From positions 6,053,888-6,117,887 of the forward strand of contig NC_092676.1 in the NCBI RefSeq assembly GCF_964355755.1: a DNA stretch of 64,000 nt, in the 5' to 3' direction. Position 1 is the stretch's first letter, and every line of letters starts with the position of its first letter. This DNA comes from Antedon mediterranea (taxonomy: Eukaryota; Animalia; Echinodermata). This document shows, in pieces, positions 10,301 to 23,698 of this stretch. Made by a program: the position numbers and the translations under genes. The notes beneath the pieces were generated by a model that worked only from the letters and a program-made list of their open reading frames with translations, ran no database searches and had not been told where the DNA came from.

Positions 10301-13300
10301 ATAATATAACTCTGCACTATCAAACTTTATGAACAAATGTTCATATCTGGACATGATGATGTCATATCACTACCATATTTGGGAATATTACTACCATATT
10401 TGGGCACATCACACTTTTTTGTCAAACTAGTTTGATAGTGACAGAACGAAATACACTCCATGCAAAAGAAGGTGGTCGAGTATGAATATATTATGAGGGT
10501 GCTATAGTATGAGTAGAGCTCATCGAAAATAAGTGTTCTCACTTTTGTTTTAGGCCACCCTAAAGATGATAAATACCAGTTAAACCCACGTCAAGTAACA
10601 ACCTTACATCATAAAGATTTCCATATCTGTGCCCTTGCAACCAGCGATGCGGCTACAATTTGTGCCACAACGAAGGGCGATATTTATGCTTTGCATGAAT
10701 ACCAGTGCAGAAAGATTGCCTCTAAGTAAGACTACAGTTATTTCATTTTACATGACCGTAGAGAGAGTTTAGACAAAGTTCCCAGCCAAAAATATCGTGA
10801 GACTTTATAACCTAACCAAACAGAGCATGATATTAATATAGTAATGGGTATATTATGCACTTTCCAGAATATGGCATAGGCTGTGTTTGGACGTAAAATC
10901 AGTTACATTGAGAGCTAAATCAGTGATTGTTGGGACGATGCAAAATGTGTAAGCTCAAAAAAATTACCCAGCAAGGTCATATTTCATGCATAATTTTACA
11001 CTAGTAATGTCAAATTGCTCCTTATCTTGTGGTTAATCAGCTTGTGGTTTAAGGTGTAATTGAACAATCCACCTCATGAAGTGGGTTTTTGAAACAGCTG
11101 GATTATCTCAAAATGTACACCACACGCATAAATTGTTACGTCAGAACGGCTCATACAGTATGCTGATAATATAAAGATACCGGAGTTCTTTGAGTTTTTC
11201 TCATGACAAAACAATTCCACTCTCAAAGACTGTTTATGTTGTTATGGTTTTCAGATGTTTAAACATTAAACAATTAGCAGTCATTGGTGGTCATTTAGAC
11301 TCTGATGTCGAACAGACAATGTTACAAAAACAGGGCGGAGAGGAATTACAAGTGGTAGCACTGAATGCATCAGGCACAGTAAGTTTAATTGATCATGCAG
11401 ACATTGTGTATTGACCAAAAAGATTGCCTCCTACCATAGGATTATAATGCAATATAAGTACAAATAAATATAAAGCATAAAAGGAAAATAATAATAAAAA
11501 TAGATAAAGAAATAAAATAATATAAGAAATAAATCCAAACAATCAAAACTAAAATCAGCTGTGAATACTGCCACCACATCAACTAGTTCCGTGATAATCA
11601 ACATGATGATTGTGGGAACTCAAAACGAAAAAGATTAAGACAGATTAAACCTTGTTGAATGCAGCCTAGATTCTAGGCCTTCTCCTAGTAGTTAAGTAAT
11701 GTATATTTGTGTACACTGGACTATATCTAATATGCACTATGTACTACTTCACAAGGTGTCCCAGGCTGTGTAGTGCCCTTTCCCCTATTCTTCTGAATAG
11801 TGCTATCTTAAAAAATGAATGAATAAAAATATTACAGAGTGAATAAGATGTAATATTATTATGAGGTAACAGCAGAGTAAAAAGAAAGAAGCAAAGTATT
11901 TAAGAAAATGGAACCAATACGCCTTTTTCACGAAATGGAAGACATTTTCAATCGATGACAAACAATGCTGTGCAACAGAGCGTAACCAACAGAAATAACA
12001 TAGCGTTTTCAGGGGATTTTTAAGGACACCATGTTAATTAAAAAATCGTAACTCTTGAACGGAGGATCGTATGAGAAAAAAAAATTACTGTAAAATGTTC
12101 TTAAAACATTTGCCTACATCACTGTGTGATTAAAAAAAATTAGAAATTTTTTTTTCACTGCTTAAAATCCATTGAAAAAAACATCACAGTGTATAAGCAT
12201 ATAGGCGTTTGTCACTGTCGTTTTTTCATGGTGCAGTCGCGGCGCCTATGCTTATACACTGTGGTGTTTTTTTCGATGGAATTTAAGCAGTGAAAACAAT
12301 TTTTCAAATTTTTTTCAATCACACAGTTTATGTAGGCTAATCTTTTAAGAACATTTTACTGTAAAAATTTTGTCCATACGACTGTCCGTTGAGGAGTTAC
12401 GAATTTTTAACTAACTTGTCCTCCGAAAATAGGCTGAAAACGCTATGTTCTTTCTGTTGGTTACGCTTCGTTGCACGGCATTGTTTGTCATCGATCGAAG
12501 ATGTCTTCCGTTTCGTGGAAAAGGCGTATTGTAATTAGAGCATATAACAGAAAATTAAGGTCATAGTTCATATATTTTAACTTTCGCATTCCATTTTCCT
12601 GCTCTTAGGTTTTTGTTTGGAAATTGTCTAACAGATGTCTGAAGAGATGTGTGTGGGATGTTAAAAGCCAGCTGTTTGTGTCTGATATTGCTATTAATAA
12701 ACATGGCATCATCATGTGTACCACACAAGGTCAAGGCTTTCTTGGGTTCATGTCAAAGACAGGTCACCAAATAAGAGGTACAGAAAAGTATATTTTGTTA
12801 TTGTTTGTTATGAATACTCTATTATTTTATTGAAATTATAATCATTTTTTAGTTAATGTAAAGCTCAAATAGTTGACAAATGTGATGTGCCAAAATATTT
12901 CTTTTATTTTATTTATTCAGGTATAAAAACAAAATTACTGTACAATTTACATAACAATAACAAAATTCCACAAAAATGAATTAAAAGGTACAATATCACT
13001 CTGTAACTCGGTATGGTATTGATATGTAGTTGGCTCTCTAGTTTAATTTATAACCTCTTTACTACACACACAGAATGAGAGTTGATAATAAGTGTATATG
13101 TAGTTGGCTCTCTAGTTTAATTTATAACCTCTTTGCTACACACAAAGAATGAGAGTTGATAATAAGTGTATAATGTAGTTTGCTCTCTAGTTTAATTTAT
13201 AACCTCTTTGCTACACACACAAAATGAGAGTTGATAATAAGTGTATATGTAGTTGGCTCTCTAGTTTAATTTATAACCTCTTTGCTACACACACAAAATG

Positions 13301-16300
13301 AGAGTTGATAATAAGTGTATATGTAGTTGGCTCTCTAGTTTAATTTATAGCCTCTTTGCTACACACACACAGAATGAGAGTTGATAATAAGTGTATATGC
13401 AGTTGGCTCTCTAGTTTAATTTATAGCCTCTTTGCTCCACACAAAGAATGAGAGTTGATAATAAGTGTATATGTAGGTTGGCTCTCTAGTTTAATTTATA
13501 ACCTCTTTGCTACACACACAAAATGAGAGTTGATAATAAGTGTATATGTAGTTGGCTCTCTAGTTTAATTTATAACCTCTTTGCTACACACACAAAGAAT
13601 GAGAGTTGATAATAAGTGTATATGTAGTTAGCTTTCTAGTTTAATTTATAACCTCTTTGCTCAACACACAGAATGAGAGTTGATAATAAGTGTATATGTA
13701 GTTGGCTCTCTAGTTTAATTTATAACCTCTTTGCTCAACACACAGAATGAGAGTTGATAATAAGTGTATATGTAGTTGGCTCTCTAGTTTAATTTATAAC
13801 CTCTTTGCTACACACACAGAATGAGAGTTGATAATAAGTGTATATGTAGTTGGCTCTCTAGTTTAATTTATAACCTCTTTGCTCAACACACAGAATCAGA
13901 CTTGATAATAAGTGTATATGTAGTTGGCTCTCTAGTTTAATTTATAACCTCTTTGCTACACACACACAGAATGAGAGTTGATAATAAGTGTATATGTAGT
14001 TGGCTCTCTAGTTTAATTTAAAGCCTCTTTGCTCAACACACAGAATGAGAGTTGATAATAAGTGTATATGTAGTTGGCTCTCTAGTTTAATTTATAACCT
14101 CTTTGCTCCACACAAAGAATGAGAGTTGATAATATAAGTGTATATGTAGTTGGCTCTCTAGTTTAATTTATAACCTCTTTGCTTACACACAAAGAATGAG
14201 AGTTGATAATAACTGTATATGTAGTTGGCTCTCTAGTTTAATTTATAGCCTCTTTGCTCCACACAAAGAATGAGAGTTGATAATAAGTGTATATGTAGTT
14301 AGCTTTCTAGTTTAATTTATAACCTCTTTGCTCAACACACAGAATGAGAGTTGATAATAAGTGTATATGTAGTTGGCTCTCTAGTTTAATTTATAACCTC
14401 TTTGCTCAACACACAGAATGAGAGTTGATAATAAGTGTATATGTAGTTGGCTCTCTAGTTTAATTTATAACCTCTTTGCTACACACACAGAATGAGAGTT
14501 GATAATAAGTGTATATGTAGTTGGCTCTCTAGTTTAATTTATAACCTCTTTGCTCAACACACAGAATCAGACTTGATAATAAGTGTATATGTAGTTGGCT
14601 CTCTAGTTTAATTTATAACCTCTTTGCTACACACACACAGAATGAGAGTTGATAATAAGTGTATATGTAGTTGGCTCTCTAGTTTAATTTAAAGCCTCTT
14701 TGCTCAACACACAGAATGAGAGTTGATAATAAGTGTATATGTAGTTGGCTCTCTAGTTTAATTTATAACCTCTTTGCTCCACACAAAGAATGAGAGTTGA
14801 TAATATAAGTGTATATGTAGTTGGCTCTCTAGTTTAATTTATAACCTCTTTGCTTACACACAAAGAATGAGAGTTGATAATAACTGTATATGTAGTTGGC
14901 TCTCTAGTTTAATTTATAGCCTCTTTGCTCCACACAAAGAATGAGAGTTGATAATAAGTGTATATGTAGTTGGCTCTCTAGTTTAATTTATAGCCTCTTT
15001 GCTCAACACAAAGACTGAGAGTTTCATAATAATTGTACATTAACAATTAAAAATGTATTCTATTTTTCATCCAATCCAGATGTAAAACCCAAAACACCTA
15101 CATCAACAACTCCAGATGCGTTTTCCGTTGCCGTGAGAGCGAAACACGTTGATAGGGAAGAAGTTGAACTAGTACACTTAGAGAGGATTCCATTTATACA
15201 TAGGGGTGTTCATGTTGCCTGTGATAAATCTGGCAAAAATTATGCTTTTCTGCAATCTGACCCTAAAACAAGGTATGACAATAACGTTGTATTTCCAAAA
15301 TGATTGGGATAAATTGCACCTTTGTCGAGAGATGAAAAATCAACTTAAAATATCCTAAATTATCAGGAGACTTGAAATATATGTAAATCTTTATATATTG
15401 TAGCTTGGTTGAAATTCCTCTTGTAAGAGCATCAGTACAGTTAAAAGAGTTTGCGGCCCTCTTCAAAGAAGTTAGCTCATGTGATAACATACATGATGTG
15501 ATACTGAAGGTAAGTTCACTGACCTTTGGTTTATCTATTATTTCTCTACCTATGGATTTTACTGACTTAAGATTCAATCAATATGTCACACACAAGCTTG
15601 AACCCATACCTCTCACATGCAAGTCTGATCCCCTACCATTATGCCATATAACTCACTAAATGATAACATGATTTTAACACATTTTTTTTTAAAGATTGGT
15701 GCAAGACAATGGCCTGCTCACAAGTACATCCTCTCAGCCCGATCAGAATATTTCAAAAAATTATTTTTCGAAGAAGCCAGAGAAAGAAAAGATTGTGAAG
15801 ATCCGACTGACATTGAAAACTTGATGCCAAAACCAGTAGAGGTCGTCGCTGTCGGTGACATGATCACGGCTCCAATACTGGATCTCCTGCTGCAGTTTAT
15901 CTATGAGGATGAGTGCGATTTATTTAAACCTGGATTTAAATTTGAAAGTGGCAAACAAAATGCAGTTAATTATGGAAAGTCTGATAACTCTCAAGAAATC
16001 ACGATCAATGTTAAACAATCTGCTTATGCTGTGAATCAAGAACTGATTAAAGCAGGGAAGGGAAAGAAAACAGATGGAAGGAAGCAGAAAGGAGGGAAAA
16101 AACAAAAGAATCAAACAAACGAAGTGAAAGATGATTTGATGTTAGCAGTTAAATTGGTTCAAAATGCTGCAAAACAATTCAAAGTGCTGCGGTTAACACA
16201 AAGGTAATTTTTTAGCCTTGTTCTATGTTAAGCTCTGTCTTCACTATCAAACTAGTTTGACAAGAAAAGTGTGATGTGCCCACATGTGATCACATTTTGT

Positions 16301-19300
16301 TTTCACATAAAGTTTGATGGTGTAGACAGAGCTTTAGATATCTTAGAACGGTGCCTTGGTAGTAAAATACTGTATCTCAATTATTTTCAAACTCATTGCC
16401 ATTTCAGATTGGAAGGGGTTAAAGTTCAAAATGATCAGCTGCAGAATTTGAAGAAGAGCAGTAAAAAGCCTAATTACAATAGAAACCAGTGCTCATACCT
16501 ATCAGATGTCAGCCTTGAAGCAGAAGATGGCACCACCTTCAGGTGTCATAAATCTGTATTGGTGGCTAGACTGGAATACTTCCATAGTATGTTAGCAAGT
16601 GGATGGATAGAGGTATTAATTATTTACAATTTCTCTTTGGAGCAATAATACTGTAGTGCAACACCAAATACCACACTACATTATAAGCAAAAGCAACATC
16701 CATCCTAAAGCTTATTTTAAAGGCCAGGTGCAGGCAAAACATTTCTATTGATCATACATTCCAATAATTATCGATCTATAGTTTGTAGAAAATAAGCACT
16801 TATCAGTGGGGGATAGTTCAAATTACACAGTAAAATCTCTATTCTTTTGTACACAAATTTTGTAAATAGAGAGGCATTTTAAAAAGCTATGAAAAACAAA
16901 CGGTGTGGTAAAAATGTTATCAGATTACTAAATATAGGTAATATAACTTGAATATTACATTTCTGGATTTTTATTCAACTTCAGATTTTTATTTTCATGC
17001 TATAGCAAAAATTATCCACCGTATATCCACCATCTTTTTTTTCACCTTCTAGGGAGTCACTAGACATGCTATTACATTAGGTTAACTACCTAACTACTGA
17101 AAAAAGTCTTCCTGGTTTTTATGGAAGAATTTTTGCCAAATTTTGTATTTGACCATATTAAGGGAAATTCATGTTTTTTCGTCTTGATTTCTTTTACAAA
17201 TATTTTATTTATGTACAATTAACCAGATATTATATTTAAAATTAATGCCTGTACCTCAGCTTTAAGGTCTTCCACCCAGCAATATTTCAACATAGCAAAC
17301 AAAACCATGTGCTGTATTCTGAAAATGATCCTTGTATGCAAAAGCATTTTTATCGCAAAACCAGCAAACAAATCTGAGTAGAGTTGTGGCTTAGTGGTTA
17401 TGATACTTGGCTACCAATCCAATGGTCGTGGGTTCTAGTCTTGTCATGTCAGGATTTTTTCGAATGACAAATTATAACTCCGCTCCCAAAGACTTGTAAT
17501 AAGACTTTGTTTATGTAGAGCATCTTGTGTATATGTTTGTCTTGTGAACAGGATTGCCACCTTTAAGAAGGATAGTGAATGAATTCGCTTATGGTTATCC
17601 TTGGCAATTTGCCTAACCATTACAATTTTCAGTTCTTCAACAGCAGAAACAAGAAGAATATCATTTTATTGTCTGGTTCTTCTTTGCAGACTTCCAGTAA
17701 AACAGCATTGAAGCTGCCAATGCCCAGCAAAGCTCTTTCCATTATTCTTGACTATCTGTATACGGATGAAGCAGCCAGATTGAGAGATTGCCACGACATT
17801 GAGTTTCTATGTAACCTGCTTACAGTTGTGGACCAGTTGCTGATTACACGACTCAAAGAGCTTTGCGAGGTTGCCATAACAAACCTCAGTAAGCCATTTA
17901 CTGTCTCTTTTTTTTTATCATTTATCATTAATTGTTAGATTTGTTTCATTACATGCACTGTCTATGACCAAGTATAATCCCACCTCCTAGCTTAACATAC
18001 ATTCAGACACAAGATTAATATGGTAAATGTCATCGTTACATGACATCTCAATATAAATCAACTGCCAAAGTTTACTTCAATGTCATAGCCTAGGGCATTC
18101 CTGCATGGTGTGTCTAGTGCTATTTTATAGATGGCTATATAGTAGACTTTGAAAAATCATTTCCAGATTGTCTCCTTACTATGTAACCAATATAATATAA
18201 GAGCTCTTTGTATTATTAATTTTTGCTTATTTTCCATGCACATTATTTTAAAAATATTATTTTTAATGAAGAACACACAATTTTATCTTCTTTATTAAAC
18301 TGATTTTCCTGTTGCAGTCTCTCTGAAGAATGCAGCTGAGCTTTTAGAGTTTTCAACCATTTACCAAGCTGACCAGCTTAAGAGAACTTGTCAACAGTTT
18401 ATAAGTCTAAACTTATCAGTCATGATAGAGTCCCAAGCTTTAGACGTTCTCAGTATATCCGTCATGGATGACCTCACAAGGTCTTATAAAGAAATGGTGA
18501 ATATATCTTTTTTTACTATCTCTGCAAGGACAAGCTATCAATAAGAATACCGTAAATGAATTTTTCCAGTATTGTTCAACGAAGTATGATATTATTATTA
18601 TTATTATTTATTGCCAAAAACCAGTTACAAACATACAAAAACACTGAAACTAAGGGAGTAGGCAGGAACCTAAAGGTGAACCCAATCACTATAACAAGAG
18701 TTCAGGTTCCGTACTCCCAAAGTAACAACAATGAATAAACTATCTATCAAAAATTATATTACAAATAGACGAATCAACATTGTCAATATAAAACAAAAGT
18801 TTATGTAAATGATATCTGTAGTAGTCATACAGATGTACTGTTTATTACAGTAATATTTTTGTGTAAGATAGTTAAGAAGTGCTTAAGTAAAAGTTGAAAC
18901 CAATTCTTTTTATCTTATGCAATGGAAATAGGTATAACATATATTTGCTTAGATTATTTTGAAAACCGCCTTAAGCAAAATCATTGACTTAAAACAAAAT
19001 TAAGATTAAGTTAATCTGACCCTGATGTCAGTAAATCTGACCTCCTGATGTCAGTAAATCAGACCCCCTGAGATCAGTAAATCTTACCCCTAATGTCAGT
19101 AAATCTGACCCCTGATGTAAGTAAATCTGACCCCTGATGTAAGTAAATCTGATCCTTGATGTAAGTAAATCTGACCCCTGATGTCAGTAAATCTGACCCC
19201 TGATGTAAGTAAATCTGACCCCTGATGTAAGTAAATCTGATCCTTGATGTCAGTAAATCTGACCCCTGATGTCAGTAAATCTGACCCCTGGATGTAAGTA

Positions 19301-22300
19301 AATCTGACCCCTGATGTCAGTCAATGGTAGTCGTTCCTTCCAGTTTGTTGAAGTAGGAAATTCTTTGCAGATACCATCAATGTCAAGAAGAGTCATAACT
19401 CCATACTCAGACTGTCCTGACATCAGTCTAATCGATGAACATCCACGATCCGATGAAGAGATCAGTCCAGATACGCCTGATAAAAATTCTGAACATCATC
19501 AAGATTTAACGCATGAACAAGCAGCACGAAAGGCCAAAGCACGTAGACGTGCGAGAAGATCAAGTGCACGGAAGTTAAGTTGTTCTGTTAGTTCTATTGA
19601 AGAGAAATACGAGGGTGAGGATAAAACGAGGAGCAGTATTTGTGAAGATGGTGGTGCCGATCAGAACGCGGCAGGAAGAATGGCTAGCTCACCAGTTGCG
19701 ATATCATCAGTGACTGACCCTCAAAAAGTTGATAAAAATGTAAGTTTTATTCTTTTGACTTTGATTATCTTTGTGTATAGTATTGTAAATGCTTATGTTA
19801 TTTCCATTGGATCTCATCAAGGTCTACCATGTGTGATGTATGTGTTATTGTTTTTATTGTAAAATAATAAATTGAATTGAATTGAATCGGTACAGCAATT
19901 TTTGTTGATACTTTCCACATCAGAGGGAAACCTAACATATAATTTGTGTTTCTTAAACTCATGTATCAATTTTTATAGGTACATCCATTGTACAAATCGA
20001 ATTGAACATTAATATTCTTATTAACAGCTTGTTATTTACATTACACCTGTCACAATTCTTTAATTCATTTTTTTTTATGTGTGAAAAATTAATTTGTGAA
20101 TTGTTTCAAAGGAAATTATTGTATTGGCATTTGTAGCAATAGACAAATTAGTTCAAATTTATTTCTCAAAATTTGTTTCAGACAATAAACAGTCCAAAAT
20201 ATAATTTTCTTAATAATTTGACTAATTTTGCTTCATTTATGGTATAAAAAAAGTATTGTTCCTTAGAATTTCATTCATAATTGAATTTTATTTTAGTTTT
20301 GGTCTGACCAACTTCCAATAATCGGAAGCCTAGTTCTAATTGAATTTTTAAAATAGTTTAGACATTTGATTTAATAAAGTTAAAGTCTGCCATTTACATT
20401 ATTAAAACGTCTGTGTTAGAGCATTGACTCCTGAGCTTATTATGGTTGACAGACAAAATAAGTAATATTAACAAATTTATAATGAAAAATCAAAGAATTT
20501 AAACAATTTTTATTCATTAAATTGTTGTTAGTAACAATCAAGTTATATACGGTAGTCATTAATATTTATTCTCTTTTACACATTAACTATTTTTAAGTGA
20601 ATTTTTATATTATAGGAGAATGTACAAAAAATAGACTTAAGTGGTTTTGAATATCATGACGGTGGAGGGGATGCTAAGCCCAGTAAAGAATATATAAAAA
20701 TACCTGACACTGAACTGAAGCCAGGCATGTGGGGCTGGAAGAGGTAATAATCCCCCTTTTAATTTAGTAACTTGTAGATTGAATAGCCTACTGTATAATT
20801 AGAGGTCGTATTCAAGTAACATTTAAAGCTATACTATCAAACTTTAAGTGAGAAAAACATGTGATGTGCCCATATATGGACATGATGATATCATTTCACT
20901 ACCACATTAAAGCATATCATTACCATATTTAGGCACATCACACTTTTTAGTCAAAGTAGTTTGATAGTGTAGACAGGGCTTTAGTCTTGCATCAAGTAGT
21001 CCCGCCAAAGGATATAATGTCCAAAACCCTTTGTGCCCCTTGTAACCATTTACTGATGTAACTGGAAACAAGAAATCCATCTGCTAAAACTACACCACTG
21101 ACTTAGTTAACTAGCTAGCTTGTACATGTCATAGATTTAGATTTTGTGTTAACTAGCCCAGTTGGAACCTGGTACCAATTACCACTAGCCAAGAAGGAAT
21201 TATAAGTTGGCTGCCTATGTTTTTAACAAATATTTAGTGTAAATCAAACTCTAATATATAAAAACCTTATACTGTAATACCATATAATATTTTCCCAGGT
21301 ACCTGGTGCAGAATTAAGCTAAACCTTGAGCAAGCAACCTTATAATCAGTCATGTACATTAATAATATTCTTTTTACTTTATTCTGTTAGCCCTCCACAG
21401 AGAGAAAATCAAGCCAGTTTATATGGATTAAGAGGGATTATGCATGCCCAATCAAAGAGTACACCAGCACTTAGAAAGACACCAGTAAAGGCTGGTATGT
21501 CATCTGGAAAGAAATCACAGAAGCAGAAAAAGAAGGAGCTATTGATGATGTCACAGAAGGAAGAAGTGACTTTCCAAGAAGACATAGCACATGACCCTGT
21601 GGTGTCACCATGGTATATAATTCTTCATTCACACCATATCAGTCGAACAAACCTACAGTAGGATTGTTGGACCAATGCAATTTCCCCTCGGCAAACTGTA
21701 ATGCCCACGCAATACAATTCATTTATGGAGAATGGCCAAGCTAGTGTAGTCCAATGTAAAAAGTTTAAGTGTTATACCTTAAACTTGACGTAGTCACAGA
21801 GATTTGACCAGACTGAACTACTTAGTTAGTTGGCCTGAAAAAGTTTGAGAGCAAATGAGATTTAATTGCTAATTGTTTTTTATTTAAAAGGGGAAAAGAA
21901 GTTGGAAGTGCACCTATTAAGTCTTTTAGAGAACTTCTTTGTGATGAGGAAAAGGGTAAACCTGTTAACAAAACCGTGTCTATGGCAAACTCACCACTAT
22001 CATCATCTTCAGTGCGAGGAACTGAAATTCTCAGGCAAGTCAAAATCATAGAAAAAAATCAATAATATAGCTATGTATGATGTATTGACATCTGTCACCA
22101 TACCCTGCCAACAAAAAACCTGTGGCCCCCTCAGTTTCCAAAGTTGGCATATGCTCAAGAAAAGGACTGTAAACAGTAAAGTTACCGATTGTTTATACAT
22201 TATATCAATGAGGGTAAGCCATTGCAACCCAAGAAAGTGTCCACTTAATAGGGATGTCCCCTTTATAGAGGATGACCATAGTGTTAAAACATATAAAATA

Positions 22301-23698
22301 CCCTTTATTTGTTTCACACGAAAGTGTCTCCTTAATAGGGCTGTCCCAAAGAAGGAGTTGTACTATAATTAAATTTAAATTGACGTTTGTCTTATTTCAG
22401 TTGGGGACTTGTAAGAAGACCAAAGCCAGATCTACAGGTTGATACACAGGTTTCAACGTCTCCTACACCTGAGCCTACAAAGTAAGCAACCTTATTTCTT
22501 AAGCCTGTTATCCTGTCGACGTTATTCGACGCTATCGTCGTTGATCGTTAACAGTTCAACGACGATCGTTTGAAAACGATCAAGTTGAAATGATAACGAT
22601 AGTGAGTACCTTTTCCTGTAAATCGTTAACATTTCAATGTTTACGTAGAAGATCCCCCATTATTGTTGACGATAGCGTCGACGTTAGTCGACGCTATCGT
22701 CGACAGGAAAACAGGCTTTACCTGATGTTTTTAGTATATACTTTTCAATTGACATCCAGCCACCAGAACTGTGCACTGTGACGGTCATAGGAAACATTTA
22801 TATAGCATTTTCTAGTGTTTAAGAACCTCTATTTCCTTGGCGCACAAGATGGAATAGCCTGATTTCTAAACTTAAGGATAGTCACATGCAGTAACAGACT
22901 GTGGTAAATAGACTCTTAGCCTTCACATTGTTTTTATCTCCATATGTTAGCCCTTGGTTGGCCAGATCTCCACAGTCTCCAGAAGATAATGCACTCCGGT
23001 TCTCTGAGATCCTTGAATCAGAGGTACAACATGAGTTAAACTTGGATAAATCGTTGCGAAAGTCATTTTCTCTCATTCAGGTATGTGCTATCATTATACT
23101 TCTGTTTTTACGCACTTCTATCCGAACTGCTGTAGGTTGTAATTGGAAAAGTTAATAATTATGATCTTTGATATTTGCATGTACACCAAGTCTTGTACTG
23201 GATATTGTAGATTACAATAGCACTTTAGAATATTTTGTTGTTTGTGCCCTGTTCAATTAGAACAGTCAATTTTTCAAAGAATAAATTATTATATATGTCT
23301 TTAGTTTTAAGTGTGCACCTATATCACATATGACGCCTGTATCATTGTAAGTTTGGCCTAAGAGGCCTATGATACATGCGTCATATGTGGTACATATGTG
23401 ACACTGTATCACAGGGTTGGCCTGTGATACTCTAGAAATTATAGATACAGTATCAAAAATCAGCTAAAGTGTGACAGGGTATGTCACACAAGATGTTCTA
23501 TTACCATGGGACCAACATTGTTAACTTAAATGCAATAAGACATTTTCTCTTTGACCTTTCTTATTTAAGATTGAAGATCGAGCTGTTCAAGAGCTACTTC
23601 TGCACTACAAAGCAGCAGATAATGCAGATGAGGTCATTACCGTAGAAAGAGTGTCAAAGGTCATTGCAGTACCAGTTTGGAAGAAAGAGAAGAGGTGA
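7364..23698 (+). CDS. IBTK: Inhibitor of Bruton tyrosine kinase (ankyrin + RCC1 repeats + two BTB domains), 20 coding exons, ~1335 aa
   Basis: Exons 7364-7693, 8165-8386, 9076-9272, 9802-10001, 10554-10725, 11255-11378, 12609-12777, 15080-15272, 15404-15509, 15695-16203, 16408-16612, 17690-17888, 18318-18496, 19371-19739, 20616-20743, 21391-21612, 21891-22034, 22401-22481, 22951-23080, 23570-23698 sum to 4008 nt in frame. Ankyrin ([24 protein letters not shown]), RCC1 ([25 protein letters not shown]), BTB ([29 protein letters not shown]) and the IBTK C-terminus ([21 protein letters not shown]) are present. Confidence 0.95.
7750..7915 (+). mobile_element. 5'-truncated copy of the same SINE
   Basis: Closely matches 6697-6860. 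Confidence 0.75.
8410..9015. repeat. (CATC/CATT/CCTT)n compound tetranucleotide microsatellite
   Basis: Directly visible; fills most of IBTK coding intron 2. Confidence 0.9.
9445..9732 (+). mobile_element. Third copy of the same SINE
   Basis: Same tRNA head and core as 6616-6860, A-rich end. Confidence 0.75.
10035..10247. repeat. ~89-bp tandem repeat, ~2.4 copies
   Basis: GAAATACACTCCATGTGGTAGAGGGGGCTATA occurs three times. Confidence 0.85.
10310..10445. mobile_element. MITE family A
   Basis: CACTATCAAACT..AGTTTGATAGTG arms, two CCATATTTGG. Confidence 0.7.
11915..12531. mobile_element. 617-bp foldback (almost fully palindromic) element in IBTK coding intron 6
   Basis: CAATACGCCTTTTTCACGAAATGGAAGACAT.. 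is mirrored by ..ATGTCTTCCGTTTCGTGGAAAAGGCGTATTG; the arms pair imperfectly almost to the centre (~12210-12240). Confidence 0.8.
13020..15032. repeat. ~74-bp minisatellite (~27 units) in IBTK coding intron 7
   Basis: Unit TATATGTAGTTGGCTCTCTAGTTTAATTTATAACCTCTTTGCT(AC)nAGAATGAGAGTTGATAATAAGTG. Confidence 0.95.
16231..16333. mobile_element. MITE family A, internally deleted
   Basis: TIRs AGCTCTGTCT..AGACAGAGCT, TTA flanks. Confidence 0.75.
16721..17261 (+). mobile_element. Non-autonomous DNA transposon family E (TTAA flanks, Kolobok/piggyBac-like target)
   Basis: TTAA|AGGCCAGGTGCAGGC...GCCTGTACCTCAGCT|TTAA; inverted near-identical copy at 40521-41092. Confidence 0.8.
17380..17455 (+). mobile_element. 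Degenerate tRNA-derived SINE head (different family)
   Basis: GTGGCTTAGTGGTTA..GGGTTCTAGTC A/B-box-like pattern; no intact cloverleaf. Confidence 0.35.
19013..19322. repeat. 22-bp minisatellite (~14 units)
   Basis: Unit CTGACCCCTGATGT(C/A)AGTAAAT. Confidence 0.9.
20827..20980. mobile_element. MITE family A
   Basis: Family consensus, right TIR intact. Confidence 0.75.
22502..22717. mobile_element. MITE (TIR AGCCTGTT.TCCTGTCGACG), TTA flanks
   Basis: Clear TIRs, CpG-rich self-complementary interior, TTA on both sides. Confidence 0.75.

Noticed and set aside
13020-15032. CRISPR-like array
   Set aside because: Units are wholly repeated with no unique spacers, there are no cas genes, and it lies in a eukaryotic intron.
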